Below are positions 1 to 11,039 of a stretch of DNA of 64,000 nucleotides, in pieces. A model generated the notes under the pieces. It searched no databases. It had not been told where the DNA came from and saw only the letters and a program-made list of their open reading frames with translations. Positions within the stretch are counted from its first letter, which is position 1, and each line of letters starts with the position of its first letter. This DNA is from Fervidobacterium sp. (GTDB taxonomy: Bacteria; Thermotogota; Thermotogae; Thermotogales; Fervidobacteriaceae), in NCBI GenBank assembly GCA_049970055.1, contig JBMFNR010000002.1, forward strand, positions 244,406 through 308,405. The letters are read 5' to 3'. The translations under genes and the position numbers were made by a program.

Positions 1-50
1 TTGGTGGACATACGAACAAGTCAGCCAAAAAAGGTGAGGTCAAGAAATAA
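1..50 (+). CDS. rpsS: 30S ribosomal protein S19, 3' end (partial)
   Basis: Reads ..[15 protein letters not shown] directly before rplV, the S10-operon position of rpsS. Confidence 0.85.
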   Translation, partial: GGHTNKSAKKGEVKK

Positions 51-64
51 GGAGGGAATTAATA

Positions 65-508
65 ATGCAAACGATTATTAAAAGAGAAGGACTCAAAAGG
101 TCCAAGTTCCACGCAAAAAGAAAAGAGACACTCGCCACGTTACCAAAATATGAAGCAAGGGCGGTTGCAAGATTTGTCCGCATATCTCCAAGAAAAGCAA
201 GATCAGTAGTCAACTCTATAAGGGGTAAGAATGTTTCAGAAGCGTTTAATCTTCTTGAATTTTCGCCTAAAAAGGCTGCACGAATCGTATATAATGTGTT
301 AAAATCGGCAGTAGCAAATGCAACAAACAACCTCGGACTTTCTGAGGATAATCTTTATGTTGCAGCATGCTATGTAAATGATGGTCCAAGAATGAAAAGA
401 GTTTGGGCACGCGGTAGAGGAAGGGCAGACATCATTCAAAAAAGGATGTCTCATGTAACTGTTGTTGTAAGAGACAGGGAAAAAGAAAATGAATCAAAAG
501 CAAAATAA
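65..508 (+). CDS. rplV: 50S ribosomal protein L22 (N-terminal extension)
   Basis: [24 protein letters not shown]-like motif; operon order. Confidence 0.98.
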   Translation: MQTIIKREGLKRSKFHAKRKETLATLPKYEARAVARFVRISPRKARSVVNSIRGKNVSEAFNLLEFSPKKAARIVYNVLKSAVANATNNLGLSEDNLYVAACYVNDGPRMKRVWARGRGRADIIQKRMSHVTVVVRDREKENESKAK

Positions 509-532
509 TACATATGTTGTGAGGTGATACAG

Positions 533-1162
533 GTGGGTCAAAAAGTACATCCAAAAGGTTTTAGGCTTGGTTTAACAGCAGACTGGGATGCACAGTGGTT
601 CAATGAAAAGAAATACAAGGAATACTTGCTTGAAGATGAGGCAATTAGGAAGTTCATCAAGAAAAACTATGATCAGGCTGGTATCGCGAGAGTGTTTATT
701 CAAAGGCCAGATGCTGAAAGAGTACTTGTTTCCATTCACGCTGCAAGGCCAGGAATATTAATCGGTAAAAAAGGTGCGGGTATCACAGAATTAAGACAAG
801 CTCTTGAAGCAAACTTCAACAGGAAATTTGGAATTGATATTGTTGAAGTAAAAACGCCCGAGACAGAGGCAGTACTTGTAGCAGAATCAATTGCACAAAA
901 AATAGAAAAACGTGCATCATACAAGATAGTAATGAAAAGAGCAATTACCGCGGCACTAAAAAGGGGAGCAAAAGGAATAAAGATAATGGTTTCCGGAAGA
1001 CTTGCGGGTGCGGAAATAGCAAGAACAGAGTGGTACTTAAAAGGAAGACTTCCACTTCAAACATTAAGATCTGTAATTGATTATTCAACTGCACGAGCAG
1101 AGACAAAGTACGGTACAATCGGAATTAAAGTTTGGATATACAAAGGTGACCAGCAGATATAA
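533..1162 (+). CDS. rpsC: 30S ribosomal protein S3
   Basis: [27 protein letters not shown] at 533 lies 5 nt after SD GAGGTGA. Confidence 0.98.
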   Translation: MGQKVHPKGFRLGLTADWDAQWFNEKKYKEYLLEDEAIRKFIKKNYDQAGIARVFIQRPDAERVLVSIHAARPGILIGKKGAGITELRQALEANFNRKFGIDIVEVKTPETEAVLVAESIAQKIEKRASYKIVMKRAITAALKRGAKGIKIMVSGRLAGAEIARTEWYLKGRLPLQTLRSVIDYSTARAETKYGTIGIKVWIYKGDQQI

Positions 1163-1258
1163 TTTCAAAATACTTCTACTGAAGTGAACAGAGCCGAGAA
1201 ATTGAATAGAGTATTAGCAGACCTGTAAAATATAGGCAGATGAGGGAGGTAAGCAGCC

Positions 1259-1687
1259 ATGTTGATGCCAAAAAGGGTTAAATATAGAAAACAACACCGA
1301 GGAAGAACAAAAGGCGAAGCCAAAGGTGGAGCTCTCGTAATGTTTGGTGAGTACGGACTGAAAGCACTCGAACCATCATGGATTACATCACAACAAATAG
1401 AAGCGTGTAGGCTTGCCATTACAAGGACGCTTAAAAAAGAAGGAAAACTTTGGATAAAGATATTCCCAGACAAATCTTACACAAAACACCCACCGGAAAC
1501 AAAACTTGGTAAAGGTAAAGGTAACGTTGAAGGATGGGTTGCAGTCGTAAAACCAGGGAAGATAATGTTCGAAATCGGTGGTGTAGACGAAGAAACAGCA
1601 ATTAAAGCGTTAGAGTATGCCGCAACGAAATTACCAATCAAAACAAAAATAGTGACAAGACATCACATAGGTGGTGAAGCAGTATGA
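1259..1687 (+). CDS. rplP: 50S ribosomal protein L16
   Basis: [20 protein letters not shown]. Confidence 0.98.
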   Translation: MLMPKRVKYRKQHRGRTKGEAKGGALVMFGEYGLKALEPSWITSQQIEACRLAITRTLKKEGKLWIKIFPDKSYTKHPPETKLGKGKGNVEGWVAVVKPGKIMFEIGGVDEETAIKALEYAATKLPIKTKIVTRHHIGGEAV

Positions 1688-1884
1688 CACCAGTGGAAAT
1701 CAGAAATATGAGCAATGAAGAATTAGTTAGATTACTCGAGGAAAAGAAAAGAACGTTAATGAACCTAAGGTTTCAGAATGCAATGGGTGAATTGAGAGAT
1801 ACAAGCCTTATTCAGAAAACAAAAAGGGACATAGCAAGAATCAAAACTATTCTACGCGAACGTGAACTTGATATAAGGAGGTAA
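1684..1884 (+). CDS. rpmC: 50S ribosomal protein L29
   Basis: LRFQ...KRDIARIKT; position. Confidence 0.97.
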   Translation: MTPVEIRNMSNEELVRLLEEKKRTLMNLRFQNAMGELRDTSLIQKTKRDIARIKTILRERELDIRR

Positions 1885-1889
1885 TACAC

Positions 1890-2192
1890 ATGCCTAAGAA
1901 AAGATTAATTGGCGTTGTCATAAGCGATAAAATGGATAAAACTGTAACTGTTGAGGTCGAAAGACTTGTAAAACACCCAAAATTTGGTAAGTACGTCAAA
2001 AGATCTAAGAAATTCTACGCACACGATGAAAACAACACTTGTAAAATTGGGGACGTTGTTGAAATCGAAGAATCAAGACCACTAAGCAAACTCAAAAGAT
2101 GGGTTGTTGTAAGAATTCTTGAACATTCAAAACTAGGAGAAACGCCAGAGACAGAGGAAAACATCGATATAGAAGGGGGTAGTGAACAATGA
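1890..2192 (+). CDS. rpsQ: 30S ribosomal protein S17
   Basis: [21 protein letters not shown]. Confidence 0.98.
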   Translation: MPKKRLIGVVISDKMDKTVTVEVERLVKHPKFGKYVKRSKKFYAHDENNTCKIGDVVEIEESRPLSKLKRWVVVRILEHSKLGETPETEENIDIEGGSEQ

Positions 2193-2557
2193 TACAGAAT
2201 GAAAGCTACCTCGTAGCAGCCGACAATTCAGGGGCCAAAGTTCTTAGAGTTATAAGAGTTTTGGGTGGTTCGCACAAACAATTTGGCACAATAGGAGATA
2301 TCGTTGTTTGTAGTGTAAGAGAAGCTGTTCCAAATACAGATATTAAGAAGGGTGACGTTGTCAAGGCTGTTGTTGTTAGAACAAGAAAAGAAATTAGAAG
2401 ACCAGATGGCAGCTACATAAGGTTTGACGACAATGCAGCTGTAGTTCTTGACAAATTCAACCAACCAAAAGGTACACGTGTCTTTGGACCAGTTGCAAGA
2501 GAACTTAGAGAAAAGGGCTTCATGAAAATAGTATCTCTTGCACCAGAAGTATGGTAA
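2189..2557 (+). CDS. rplN: 50S ribosomal protein L14
   Basis: [26 protein letters not shown]. Confidence 0.98.
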   Translation: MIQNESYLVAADNSGAKVLRVIRVLGGSHKQFGTIGDIVVCSVREAVPNTDIKKGDVVKAVVVRTRKEIRRPDGSYIRFDDNAAVVLDKFNQPKGTRVFGPVARELREKGFMKIVSLAPEVW

Positions 2558-2570
2558 GGGGTGGTAATCG

Positions 2571-2894
2571 ATGGCACAGAAGATAAAAAAGGGAGACACA
2601 GTGCAAGTAATTTCCGGAAAAGATAAAGGAAAAAGAGGAGAAGTCATCCAAGTAATGCCAAAAGATGAAAAAATAATTGTTAGAGGCATTAATATAGTCA
2701 AAAGACACCAAAGACCAACGGGACAACTTAGGCAGGGTGGAATTATAGAAAAAGAAGCGCCACTTTATTGGTCTAAGGTAATGTTAGTATGTCCAAGCTG
2801 TGACAAACCAACGAGGGTAGGTTTCAAAGTTTTAGAAGATGGTTCCAAAGTGAGATACTGCAAAAAATGTGGAGAAATCATAGATAAGAAGTAA
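2571..2894 (+). CDS. rplX: 50S ribosomal protein L24
   Basis: KOW motif [18 protein letters not shown]. Confidence 0.98.
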   Translation: MAQKIKKGDTVQVISGKDKGKRGEVIQVMPKDEKIIVRGINIVKRHQRPTGQLRQGGIIEKEAPLYWSKVMLVCPSCDKPTRVGFKVLEDGSKVRYCKKCGEIIDKK

Positions 2895-2907
2895 GGAGGA
2901 GTAAAAA

Positions 2908-3462
2908 ATGGCCTACGAATTTGTTCCTTTAAAAGAAAAGTACCAAAAAGAAGTGGTGCCAGCTCTAATGAAAGAATTCGGATATAAAAACATCCATGAA
3001 GTTCCAAAGCTTGTTAAAGTTGTTATCAACATGGGTGTTGGTGAAGGTTCAAGAAATAAGGATGTTATAGAATCGCACGCAAGAGAATTGACAATGATAG
3101 CTGGTCAAAAAGCTCTTATTACAAAGGCGAAAAAGAGCATATCGAACTTCAAAATCCGAAAAGGAATGAGTGTAGGTGTGAAAGTTACACTCAGAAGTGC
3201 AAGGATGTACAACTTTGTTTACAAACTTGTCAATCTCGTTCTTCCAAAAGTCAGGGACTTCAGAGGGCTCAATCCAAATTCATTCGACGGGAAGGGAAAT
3301 TACAGCTTTGGCTTGACAGAACAACTTGTGTTTCCCGAAATATCCCCTGATCAAGTCAAGAGGATTCAAGGTATGGATATTGTTATCGTCACAACAGCGA
3401 AAAAAGATGAAGAAGCAAGAAGATTACTTGAATTACTTGGTTTCCCATTCAAAAAGCAGTAA
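2908..3462 (+). CDS. rplE: 50S ribosomal protein L5
   Basis: [28 protein letters not shown]. Confidence 0.98.
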   Translation: MAYEFVPLKEKYQKEVVPALMKEFGYKNIHEVPKLVKVVINMGVGEGSRNKDVIESHARELTMIAGQKALITKAKKSISNFKIRKGMSVGVKVTLRSARMYNFVYKLVNLVLPKVRDFRGLNPNSFDGKGNYSFGLTEQLVFPEISPDQVKRIQGMDIVIVTTAKKDEEARRLLELLGFPFKKQ

Positions 3463-3482
3463 TTTAAGGAGGGAAAGGTTAA

Positions 3483-3668
3483 ATGGCTAAAAAATCAATG
3501 GTTGAAAAATGGAAAAAACCGAAGAAGTTTAAGGTTAGAGAATACACAAGATGCAGCATTTGTGGTAGATCTCACTCAGTGTACAGAGAATTTGGTATAT
3601 GCAGAGTTTGCTTCAGAAGAATGGCTAACGAGGGAAAACTCCCGGGCGTTAGGAAGGCAAGCTGGTAA
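3483..3668 (+). CDS. rpsN: 30S ribosomal protein S14, zinc-binding type Z
   Basis: 61 aa; CSICGR...[14 protein letters not shown]. Confidence 0.98.
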   Translation: MAKKSMVEKWKKPKKFKVREYTRCSICGRSHSVYREFGICRVCFRRMANEGKLPGVRKASW

Positions 3669-3685
3669 TTATGGAGGTGTTAACC

Positions 3686-4090
3686 GTGTGGAGCGATCCA
3701 ATAGCTGACATGCTTACAAGAATAAGGAATGCAAACCAAGTCTTTAAAGAACAAGTAGATATTCCTGCATCAAATTTGAAGAAGGCGATTGCTGATATTC
3801 TTGTTAGAGAAGGTTTTATAAAGGGCTATACATATATAGAAGACGGTAAGCAAGGCATATTGAGAATTCAAATGAAATACAAAGGAACAAGAAAGAATAG
3901 GGAAAGAGTTATTCATGGGGTTGTACGTGTTTCCAAAGCAGGTAGAAGGATATACGTTGGAAAGAACAACATACCAAGAGTTAAAAATGGACTCGGTATT
4001 GCTATAATATCCACATCAAAAGGCGTACTCACCGACAAGGAAGCAGAACAACATGGAGTCGGTGGAGAAGTTATTGCCTACATCTGGTAA
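3686..4090 (+). CDS. rpsH: 30S ribosomal protein S8
   Basis: [25 protein letters not shown] start after GGAGGTG. Confidence 0.98.
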   Translation: MWSDPIADMLTRIRNANQVFKEQVDIPASNLKKAIADILVREGFIKGYTYIEDGKQGILRIQMKYKGTRKNRERVIHGVVRVSKAGRRIYVGKNNIPRVKNGLGIAIISTSKGVLTDKEAEQHGVGGEVIAYIW

Positions 4091-4103
4091 GGAGGTGTAG
4101 TTC

Positions 4104-4658
4104 ATGTCTCGTATTGCGAAAAAACCACTTGTTTTGCCATCAAATGTACAAATATCAGTCACCGACTCTGAAATCAGAGTTAAAGGTCCGAAAGGAGAAC
4201 TCAAATTAGCAACACATCCTTTTATTTCTATAAAAATTGAAGGTAATGAAGTGTGGTTTACGCCAAATCTCGAGGTTGCTAAGAGAAAAGCGGACGAAAG
4301 AAAATTCAAGGCTATGGTTGGTACCTATTGGAGACTTGTAAGGAATATGGTACTTGGTGTTACGGAAGGTTTCAAAAAGGAACTTGAAATTGTTGGCGTT
4401 GGTTACAGGGCACAACTTCAAGGGAACAAGTTAATTATGAACCTTGGTTATGCACACCAAGTTGAATTTGATGTTCCAGGCGATGTAAAAGTTGAAGTTC
4501 CTGCACCAAACAGAATAATTGTTAGTGGAATTGACAAACAGAGGGTAGGACAAGTAGCAGCCGACATACGAAAGTGGAGAGAGCCAAACCCATACAGTGG
4601 TAAAGGTATTAAATATGTAGACGAAGTTCTTAGACTTAAAGAAGGAAAGAAAGCATAA
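4104..4658 (+). CDS. rplF: 50S ribosomal protein L6
   Basis: MSRIAKKP, GVGYRA, PNPYSGKGI. Confidence 0.98.
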   Translation: MSRIAKKPLVLPSNVQISVTDSEIRVKGPKGELKLATHPFISIKIEGNEVWFTPNLEVAKRKADERKFKAMVGTYWRLVRNMVLGVTEGFKKELEIVGVGYRAQLQGNKLIMNLGYAHQVEFDVPGDVKVEVPAPNRIIVSGIDKQRVGQVAADIRKWREPNPYSGKGIKYVDEVLRLKEGKKA

Positions 4659-4671
4659 GGGGGTATAAGAC

Positions 4672-5040
4672 GTGATTAAGCGTGAAGATCGCAGACAATT
4701 AAGATTGGTTAGGCATAAAAGGTTAAGAAAAAAGATTTCAGGAACACCTGAAAGACCGAGACTTGCCGTCTTCAGAAGCGAGAAACACATGTATGCCCAG
4801 ATAATCGATGACATTAAGGGTGTAACTTTAGTTGCAGCTTCGACCACAGAGAAAGCCATGAAGGAAAAATTGAAGAAAACATGGAACGTGGAAGCTGCCA
4901 AAGAAGTTGGAAAATTGATAGCAGAAAGAGCACTTGCGAAAGGTATAAAAGAAGTTGTTTTTGACCGCGGTGGATTTAAGTACCATGGTAGAGTAAAAGC
5001 CCTTGCTGATGCTGCAAGGGAAGCCGGATTGAAATTTTAA
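4672..5040 (+). CDS. rplR: 50S ribosomal protein L18
   Basis: [29 protein letters not shown]. Confidence 0.98.
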   Translation: MIKREDRRQLRLVRHKRLRKKISGTPERPRLAVFRSEKHMYAQIIDDIKGVTLVAASTTEKAMKEKLKKTWNVEAAKEVGKLIAERALAKGIKEVVFDRGGFKYHGRVKALADAAREAGLKF

Positions 5041-5058
5041 GTTTAGGAGGTGCTCACA

Positions 5059-5589
5059 GTGTCAGAAATTGCTGAAAAGATAAAGCAAGCTGGTGAAACA
5101 TTTGAAGAAAGAATAATCGAGATTAGAAGAACGACGAAGGTTACAAAAGGTGGAAAAAATCTTTCGTTTAGAGTTCTCGCAGTAGTTGGGAACAGAAATG
5201 GTAAAGTTGGTGTTGGTGTAGGTAAAGCAAGAGAAGTACCCGATGCAATTAGAAAGGCGCTTGTCAGCGCAAGAAGAAATATAATTGAAGTTCCGGTGGT
5301 TAAAGGTACAATTCCACACGAAGTTGTTGGAAGACAGGATGCCGCGAAGATACTCATGAAACCTGCAGCACCTGGTACAGGTATCATTGCAAATGGTACC
5401 GTCCGTGCAATTCTTGAATTATCAGGCGTTCAAAATGTTCTTACAAAAGCAATGGGCTCAACCAATCCTGTTGTTATGGCCCAAGCAACCATCGATGGAA
5501 TTAAGAATCTTTACCCAATTGAAAAAATCGCTGCTCTTAGAGATGTTACTCCTGCCCAAGTAGTACGCGGTGTAAAAAAGGAGGGTTAA
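5059..5589 (+). CDS. rpsE: 30S ribosomal protein S5
   Basis: KVTKGGK, GKAREV, PAAPGTG; GTG start after AGGAGGTG. Confidence 0.98.
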   Translation: MSEIAEKIKQAGETFEERIIEIRRTTKVTKGGKNLSFRVLAVVGNRNGKVGVGVGKAREVPDAIRKALVSARRNIIEVPVVKGTIPHEVVGRQDAAKILMKPAAPGTGIIANGTVRAILELSGVQNVLTKAMGSTNPVVMAQATIDGIKNLYPIEKIAALRDVTPAQVVRGVKKEG

Positions 5590-5592
5590 GAT

Positions 5593-5778
5593 ATGAAAAA
5601 ACTTAAAATCACGCTTGTTAGAAGCCCTATCGGATATAAATACGACCAAAAAGATACTGTCAAAAGACTTGGCTTAAGAAGAATGCACTATACAGTTATT
5701 AAGGAGGATACACCCCAGATTCGTGGAATGATTAACAAAGTGAAGCACCTTCTAAAAGTTGAAGAAATTGAGGAATAA
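5593..5778 (+). CDS. rpmD: 50S ribosomal protein L30
   Basis: [22 protein letters not shown]. Confidence 0.97.
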   Translation: MKKLKITLVRSPIGYKYDQKDTVKRLGLRRMHYTVIKEDTPQIRGMINKVKHLLKVEEIEE

Positions 5779-5791
5779 GGAGGCGAATTAG

Positions 5792-6238
5792 ATGATAACA
5801 ATAGAGGATCTCAAACCAACTCCTGGCTCAAATAAGAAGTACAAACGGCTGGGTAGAGGACAAGGTTCCGGAAAGGGTAAAACAGCTGGTAAAGGGCACA
5901 AGGGGCAGAAATCAAGAGGTACAGGGAAAGTAAGACTTTGGATGGAAGGTGGTCAGACGCCACTTCACAGAAGACTTCCAAAGTTTGGGTTTAAAAACTT
6001 CACAAAGAAAGTCTACGCGGTGGTCAACATTGAAACATTGGAAGAAAAGTTTGAAAGCAATGCAATTGTTACGCCGGAAGTCCTTCTTGAAAAAGGTATC
6101 ATCAGTAAACTTTACGATGGTGTCAAGATACTTGCAAGAGGAGAAATAACAAAACCACTAACAGTTAAAGCTCACAAATTCAGTGAAAGTGCTAAGGAGA
6201 AGATAGAAAAAGTCGGTGGAAAAATAGAGGTGATTTAA
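5792..6238 (+). CDS. rplO: 50S ribosomal protein L15
   Basis: [34 protein letters not shown]. Confidence 0.98.
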   Translation: MITIEDLKPTPGSNKKYKRLGRGQGSGKGKTAGKGHKGQKSRGTGKVRLWMEGGQTPLHRRLPKFGFKNFTKKVYAVVNIETLEEKFESNAIVTPEVLLEKGIISKLYDGVKILARGEITKPLTVKAHKFSESAKEKIEKVGGKIEVI

Positions 6239-6240
6239 TA

Positions 6241-7527
6241 ATGTGGAAAGCGCTGCGCAATGCAATGAAGATTCCAGAGGTACGGGATAGGGTTATCTTT
6301 ACATTCTTGATGTTACTTGTGTTTAGGCTTGGTATATATGTACCAGTTCCAGGTATAAATATAAAAGCTTGGGGGGAAGCGCTTTCCAAGCAAGGCACCG
6401 GTCTTGCCGGTGGCGTTCTTAGTTTTTATGACGTTTTCACTGGTGGCGCATTTAGCAGATTTTCTGTATTTTCAATGAGTGTTACACCGTACATCAACGC
6501 ATCGATTATCATGCAATTGCTTGCTTCCATCATTCCGTCTTTGAAGGAGCTATTAAAAGAAGGAGAAGAAGGAAGGAAAAAGTTCCAAAGATATACAAAG
6601 AATTTAACACTTGGCCTTGCAGCGCTTCAGTCTTTTGTGGTTTCATTCGGCCTTGCAAGGAGTTATCAAGGAATTATAGCAATCAATACCTGGTTATTCT
6701 CATTCGTTTCAACGGTATCTCTTGTTGCAGGTACAATGTTTCTTTTGTGGATCGGTGATAGAATTACAGAAAAAGGTATTGGAAACGGTGTTAGCATAAT
6801 GATATTTGCAGGTATCGTATCGAGATACCCAGCTTACTTCAGAAATGCTGTTCTCGGCAATCTTAGCATATTTGGTTGGATATTCCTTATTGCGGTTGCT
6901 ATATTTATGATTGTTGCAATTATCTACGTTCAGCAAGCTGAAAGAAGAATCAAAATCGAATATGCAACAAGGATGGTTGGTAGAAGAATTTACGGAGGTA
7001 CAAGCACGTATCTTCCAATTAAAGTTAATCACTCAGGTGTTATTCCCATAATCTTTGCTTGGGCTATTATTAGCATCCCAGAAGCAATCGCACAGATTAC
7101 AGGTGCACAATGGGCAATAAAATTATTCAGTATGCAAAGTCCGTTTATGATGATACTCTACGCACTTTTGATATTCTTCTTTACATACTTCTACAGTGTG
7201 GTCGTTATTGATCCAAAGGATATATCTGAGAATATCAAAAGATACGGTGGATTCATTCCTGGTATAAGGGCTGGGAAACCAACGGAAGAGTATATCACTT
7301 ACGTGCTCAACAGAGTTACATTCCTTGGAGCGGTCTTCCTTGTCGGTATTTCATTGCTTCCTTACTTAGTTGAAGGTGTAACGAGAGTTAATATATGGCT
7401 TGGCGGTACGAGTGCACTTATTGCAGTTGGCGTTGCGCTCGATATTGCTCAACAAATAGAAGCGCATCTGATTATGAGAAATTACGAAGGCTTTGTCAAG
7501 AAAGGTAAGATAGCGGGAAGAAGATAA
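6241..7527 (+). CDS. secY: Preprotein translocase subunit SecY
   Basis: Multiple TM segments; PYINASII, GIGNGVS, GVIPIIFA, FIPGIRAG. Confidence 0.98.
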   Translation: MWKALRNAMKIPEVRDRVIFTFLMLLVFRLGIYVPVPGINIKAWGEALSKQGTGLAGGVLSFYDVFTGGAFSRFSVFSMSVTPYINASIIMQLLASIIPSLKELLKEGEEGRKKFQRYTKNLTLGLAALQSFVVSFGLARSYQGIIAINTWLFSFVSTVSLVAGTMFLLWIGDRITEKGIGNGVSIMIFAGIVSRYPAYFRNAVLGNLSIFGWIFLIAVAIFMIVAIIYVQQAERRIKIEYATRMVGRRIYGGTSTYLPIKVNHSGVIPIIFAWAIISIPEAIAQITGAQWAIKLFSMQSPFMMILYALLIFFFTYFYSVVVIDPKDISENIKRYGGFIPGIRAGKPTEEYITYVLNRVTFLGAVFLVGISLLPYLVEGVTRVNIWLGGTSALIAVGVALDIAQQIEAHLIMRNYEGFVKKGKIAGRR

Positions 7528-7540
7528 AATCGTTTCCGTT

Positions 7541-7572
7541 GTCGGTGGCCGATGATGATAGCGGCCCCCGAC
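7541..7572 (+). other. GC-rich stem-loop between secY and adk
   Basis: GTCGGTGGCCG / CGGCCCCCGAC: 10 of 11 pairs, 10-nt loop, no long U tract. Confidence 0.6.
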
Positions 7573-7611
7573 TTTAGGTGAAATGGATAATCATACGAAG
7601 AGGTGGGGTTT

Positions 7612-8268
7612 GTGAATTTGATATTTCTTGGACCTCCGGGTGCAGGGAAAGGAACTTATGCCAAAAGAGTTGTTGAACAATACGATATACCACATATATC
7701 CACGGGTGACATATTCAGGGAAGCAATTGCAAAAGGTACAGAACTTGGAAAAAAAGTACAAAATATAGTTAGTTCGGGAAATTTAGTTCCTGACGACCTT
7801 ACTAACGCATTAGTTGAAGAAAGATTGAAACAATCTGACTGCAAAAATGGTTTTATACTCGATGGCTATCCAAGGACCATAAACCAAGCTCAAGCGTTGG
7901 ATGTGATGTTACAAGCAATGGGAAGGGAATTAACGGGAGCCATATACTTCGAAGTAGATGAGGAAACGGTTGTCCAACGAATCTCAACAAGACGTGTATG
8001 TTCAAGGTGTGGAAAAGTTTACAATATTATCACGTTACCACCTAAAGTTGAAGGTATCTGTGATGATTGTGGTGGAAAGCTTATACAAAGAGATGATGAC
8101 AAAGAAGAAATCGTTAGAAGCCGATATAGAGTATACATCGAAAAAACCTCACCGTTAATTGAATATTATAGAAATCAGAATAAACTTTTTACATTAGATG
8201 GTAGAAAAAGTGTAGAAGAAGTGATGAAAATATTGTTTAATATATTGGGTGGTTTAAATCGAAAATGA
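7612..8268 (+). CDS. adk: Adenylate kinase (zinc LID)
   Basis: GPPGAGKGT, HISTGD, LDGYPRT, CSRC...CDDC; GTG start 5 nt after GAGGTGG. Confidence 0.97.
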   Translation: MNLIFLGPPGAGKGTYAKRVVEQYDIPHISTGDIFREAIAKGTELGKKVQNIVSSGNLVPDDLTNALVEERLKQSDCKNGFILDGYPRTINQAQALDVMLQAMGRELTGAIYFEVDEETVVQRISTRRVCSRCGKVYNIITLPPKVEGICDDCGGKLIQRDDDKEEIVRSRYRVYIEKTSPLIEYYRNQNKLFTLDGRKSVEEVMKILFNILGGLNRK

Positions 8269-9017
8269 TTAGGTTGAAATCAAGTGAAGAAATTGAGAAA
8301 ATGAAAATAGCAGGTAGAGCGGTTGGCCTCATACTAAGCGAATCAAGAAACGTAGTTATGGAAGGTGCCACTGCTTACGATGTGGAAATGCTTGCAGAAA
8401 AGATTTTAAACGAACTGAAGTGTAAACCTGCGTTTAAAGGTTACGGTGGGTATCCATATATAACCACAGTTTCAGTAAATGAAGAAGTTATACATGGATT
8501 CCCATTGAAGAAGAAAGTATTTAAAAAAGGTGACATTGTATCTATAGATGTAGGAGCAATCTACGAAGGATATTATGGTGATGGCGCGGTAACGTACATA
8601 GTTGGAGAAACCGATGAGGTTGGTGAAAATCTTGTCCGAGTGACATACGAATCTCTCATGAGGGCCATAGAAATAATAAGACCTGGTGTAAAATTAGGTG
8701 ATATATCGTATGCAATTCAAACTTATGTTGAAAGTAATGGATTCGGAGTCGTGAGAGATTTTGTAGGTCATGGTGTGGGAAGAGCGCTTCACGAAGATCC
8801 ACAAGTACCCAATTATGGAAAACCTGGCACAGGTATAACACTTAAAGCAGGAATGACGATTGCTATAGAACCTATGGTTACAGAAGGCGGCTGGCACGTA
8901 GTTATTTTGGAAGATGGTTGGACAGTAGTTACAACGGATGGTAAGAGAGCGGCACACTTCGAACATACGGTAGCGGTAACAGAGAGCGGCTACGAGATAC
9001 TCACTCTTCCTAGCTAA
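8265..9017 (+). CDS. map: Methionine aminopeptidase type I
   Basis: SVNEEVIHG, DVGA, GHGVG..LHEDP, IEPM, AHFEHT. Confidence 0.97.
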   Translation: MIRLKSSEEIEKMKIAGRAVGLILSESRNVVMEGATAYDVEMLAEKILNELKCKPAFKGYGGYPYITTVSVNEEVIHGFPLKKKVFKKGDIVSIDVGAIYEGYYGDGAVTYIVGETDEVGENLVRVTYESLMRAIEIIRPGVKLGDISYAIQTYVESNGFGVVRDFVGHGVGRALHEDPQVPNYGKPGTGITLKAGMTIAIEPMVTEGGWHVVILEDGWTVVTTDGKRAAHFEHTVAVTESGYEILTLPS

Positions 9018-9072
9018 TTGATTGAAAGATTTTAAGATCTTTGGAAACTTTTAAGTGCGTGAGGTGATTTAT

Positions 9073-9336
9073 CTGAAAAACAAGGAAGACGTCATACGAA
9101 TGGAAGGAACAATAGTTGAAGCACTACCGAATGCTATGTTCAGAGTACAACTCGACAACGGATTTAAAGTACTAGCACATGTCTCTGGTAAGATGAGGAA
9201 AAACTTTATTAGACTTGTTCCTGGTGATAGAGTTGTAGTTGAGCTCACCATTTATGACCTTACTCGTGGTAGGATCGTTTACAGAAAGAAAATTGACGCA
9301 AAAGGTGAAGAAGAAATATTAGATGAAGATGAATAG
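9073..9336 (+). CDS. infA: Translation initiation factor IF-1 (probable CTG start; acidic C-terminal tail)
   Basis: [46 protein letters not shown] 9061-9067. Confidence 0.95.
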   Translation: MKNKEDVIRMEGTIVEALPNAMFRVQLDNGFKVLAHVSGKMRKNFIRLVPGDRVVVELTIYDLTRGRIVYRKKIDAKGEEEILDEDE

Positions 9337-9375
9337 TATCAGAAGAATAAAAACATCCGAAAGGAGAGGAAAATT

Positions 9376-9492
9376 ATGAAAGTGAAAGCATCTGTTGGTA
9401 AAAGGTGTGAATATTGTAAAGTTATCCGCAGAAGAGGAAAAGTTTTCGTTGTGTGTAAAGTAAACCCAAAACACAACCAAAGACAAGGATAA
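9376..9492 (+). CDS. rpmJ: 50S ribosomal protein L36 (below the ORF-track size cutoff)
   Basis: Translated by hand: [38 protein letters not shown]. Confidence 0.97.
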   Translation: MKVKASVGKRCEYCKVIRRRGKVFVVCKVNPKHNQRQG

Positions 9493-9530
9493 TCAAAGGG
9501 TGAATAATTGGTAATTGAGGAGGGAGATTG

Positions 9531-9902
9531 ATGGCTCGTATCGTTGGTGTTGAAATACCAAGCAATAAGAAGGTACATATATCACTAAGATATCTCTACG
9601 GAATTGGACCAACACGCGCAATGGAGATCTGCAAGAATACAGGTGTTGATCCTGACAAGAGAGTGAAAGATCTTACAGAAGATGAGATAAGTAGGATATC
9701 AGCTTACATTCAACAGAACTACAAAGTTGAAGGTGAGTTAAGAACCGAAGTAATGAGAAATATAAAAAGATTGATAGATATAGGTTGTTACCGCGGCTTA
9801 AGGCATAAACTGGGGCTTCCCGTTAGAGGGCAAAGAACAAGGTCGAATGCAAGGACAAGAAAAGGTCCTCGTCCAAGCAGGATCAAGAAAAAAGGTAAAT
9901 AA
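9531..9902 (+). CDS. rpsM: 30S ribosomal protein S13
   Basis: [33 protein letters not shown]. Confidence 0.98.
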   Translation: MARIVGVEIPSNKKVHISLRYLYGIGPTRAMEICKNTGVDPDKRVKDLTEDEISRISAYIQQNYKVEGELRTEVMRNIKRLIDIGCYRGLRHKLGLPVRGQRTRSNARTRKGPRPSRIKKKGK

Positions 9903-9967
9903 AATAACAGTGGACTCGCTTATCTAAGATCAGAGAACGTTAAGGTATGTTAAAGGAGGGAAAGTTC

Positions 9968-10360
9968 ATGGCAAAAGGCCGAACATCGAGAACCAAACAA
10001 AAAAGAAGAGCTGCCGTTGATCATGGCGTGGTACATATTAAGTCAACATACAATAACACGATAATCAGCTTAACGGATCCCAACGGACATGTATTAAGCT
10101 GGGCAAGTGGTGGAACGGCTGGATTTGAGGGTACAAGAAAAGGTACACCGTATGCGGCACAACTTGCGGCAGACAAAGTAGCGAAAGATGCGGTAAAAAT
10201 GGGTATAAAGAGAGTAGATGTTATAGTTAAGGGACCAGGTGCTGGAAGGGAAACAGCGATAAGGACACTCCAAGCGGCAGGACTTGAGATTGACAATATT
10301 AGAGATGCTACACCTATTCCATTTAACGGTTGTAGACCACCAAAAAGAAGAAGAGTATAA
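9968..10360 (+). CDS. rpsK: 30S ribosomal protein S11
   Basis: [34 protein letters not shown]. Confidence 0.98.
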   Translation: MAKGRTSRTKQKRRAAVDHGVVHIKSTYNNTIISLTDPNGHVLSWASGGTAGFEGTRKGTPYAAQLAADKVAKDAVKMGIKRVDVIVKGPGAGRETAIRTLQAAGLEIDNIRDATPIPFNGCRPPKRRRV

Positions 10361-10401
10361 GATGACGAAAAGATGTATGGGCTTAAAGTAAAGGAGGGAA
10401 A

Positions 10402-11034
10402 ATGATGGCACGATATACAGGGCCTTTGTGTAAACTATGTAGGAGAGAAGGTATGAAGCTATACCTGAAGGGCGAAAGATGTTTTAGCGAAAAATGCCCT
10501 TTCGATAAAAGACCATTTGCGCCTGGGCAGCACGGTAGAGAAAAGAAGAAATTAACACAATACGGATTGCAGTTAAGAGCAAAGCAGACAATGAAAAGAA
10601 TTTACGGTGTGCTTGAAAAACAATTCAGAATTTACTATGAAAGAGCTGTTAAACAATCAGGCGATACCCGTGAAAACTTAGTTTCACAAGTTGAAAGAAG
10701 GCTCGATAATGTAGTTTACAGACTTGGTTTCGCAATTAACAGAAGAGTTGCAAGGCAACTTGTTTCACACGGACACATACTTGTAAATGGCAAAAAAGTT
10801 GACATTCCATCTTATCAAGTAAAACCAGGTGATGTCATTTCCATAAAAGAATCGAGCAAGTCTATCGAACCAATCAAGCAGGCAATTGAGCAAAACAAGG
10901 GTAGAGCAATTGCAAATTGGCTTGAAGTTGACTTTGACCAATTCAAAGGTATATACGTCAGAAATCCAAAACTCGAAGAAATTACAGATCTTCCAGTCAA
11001 TGTACAGGCTATCGTTGAATTCTACTCGAGGTGA
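10402..11034 (+). CDS. rpsD: 30S ribosomal protein S4
   Basis: [32 protein letters not shown]. Confidence 0.98.
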   Translation: MMARYTGPLCKLCRREGMKLYLKGERCFSEKCPFDKRPFAPGQHGREKKKLTQYGLQLRAKQTMKRIYGVLEKQFRIYYERAVKQSGDTRENLVSQVERRLDNVVYRLGFAINRRVARQLVSHGHILVNGKKVDIPSYQVKPGDVISIKESSKSIEPIKQAIEQNKGRAIANWLEVDFDQFKGIYVRNPKLEEITDLPVNVQAIVEFYSR

Positions 11035-11039
11035 TCTTA

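Noticed and set aside
65..150. N-terminal extension of L22
   Set aside because: As far as I recall this is a general Thermotogota trait, so not novel
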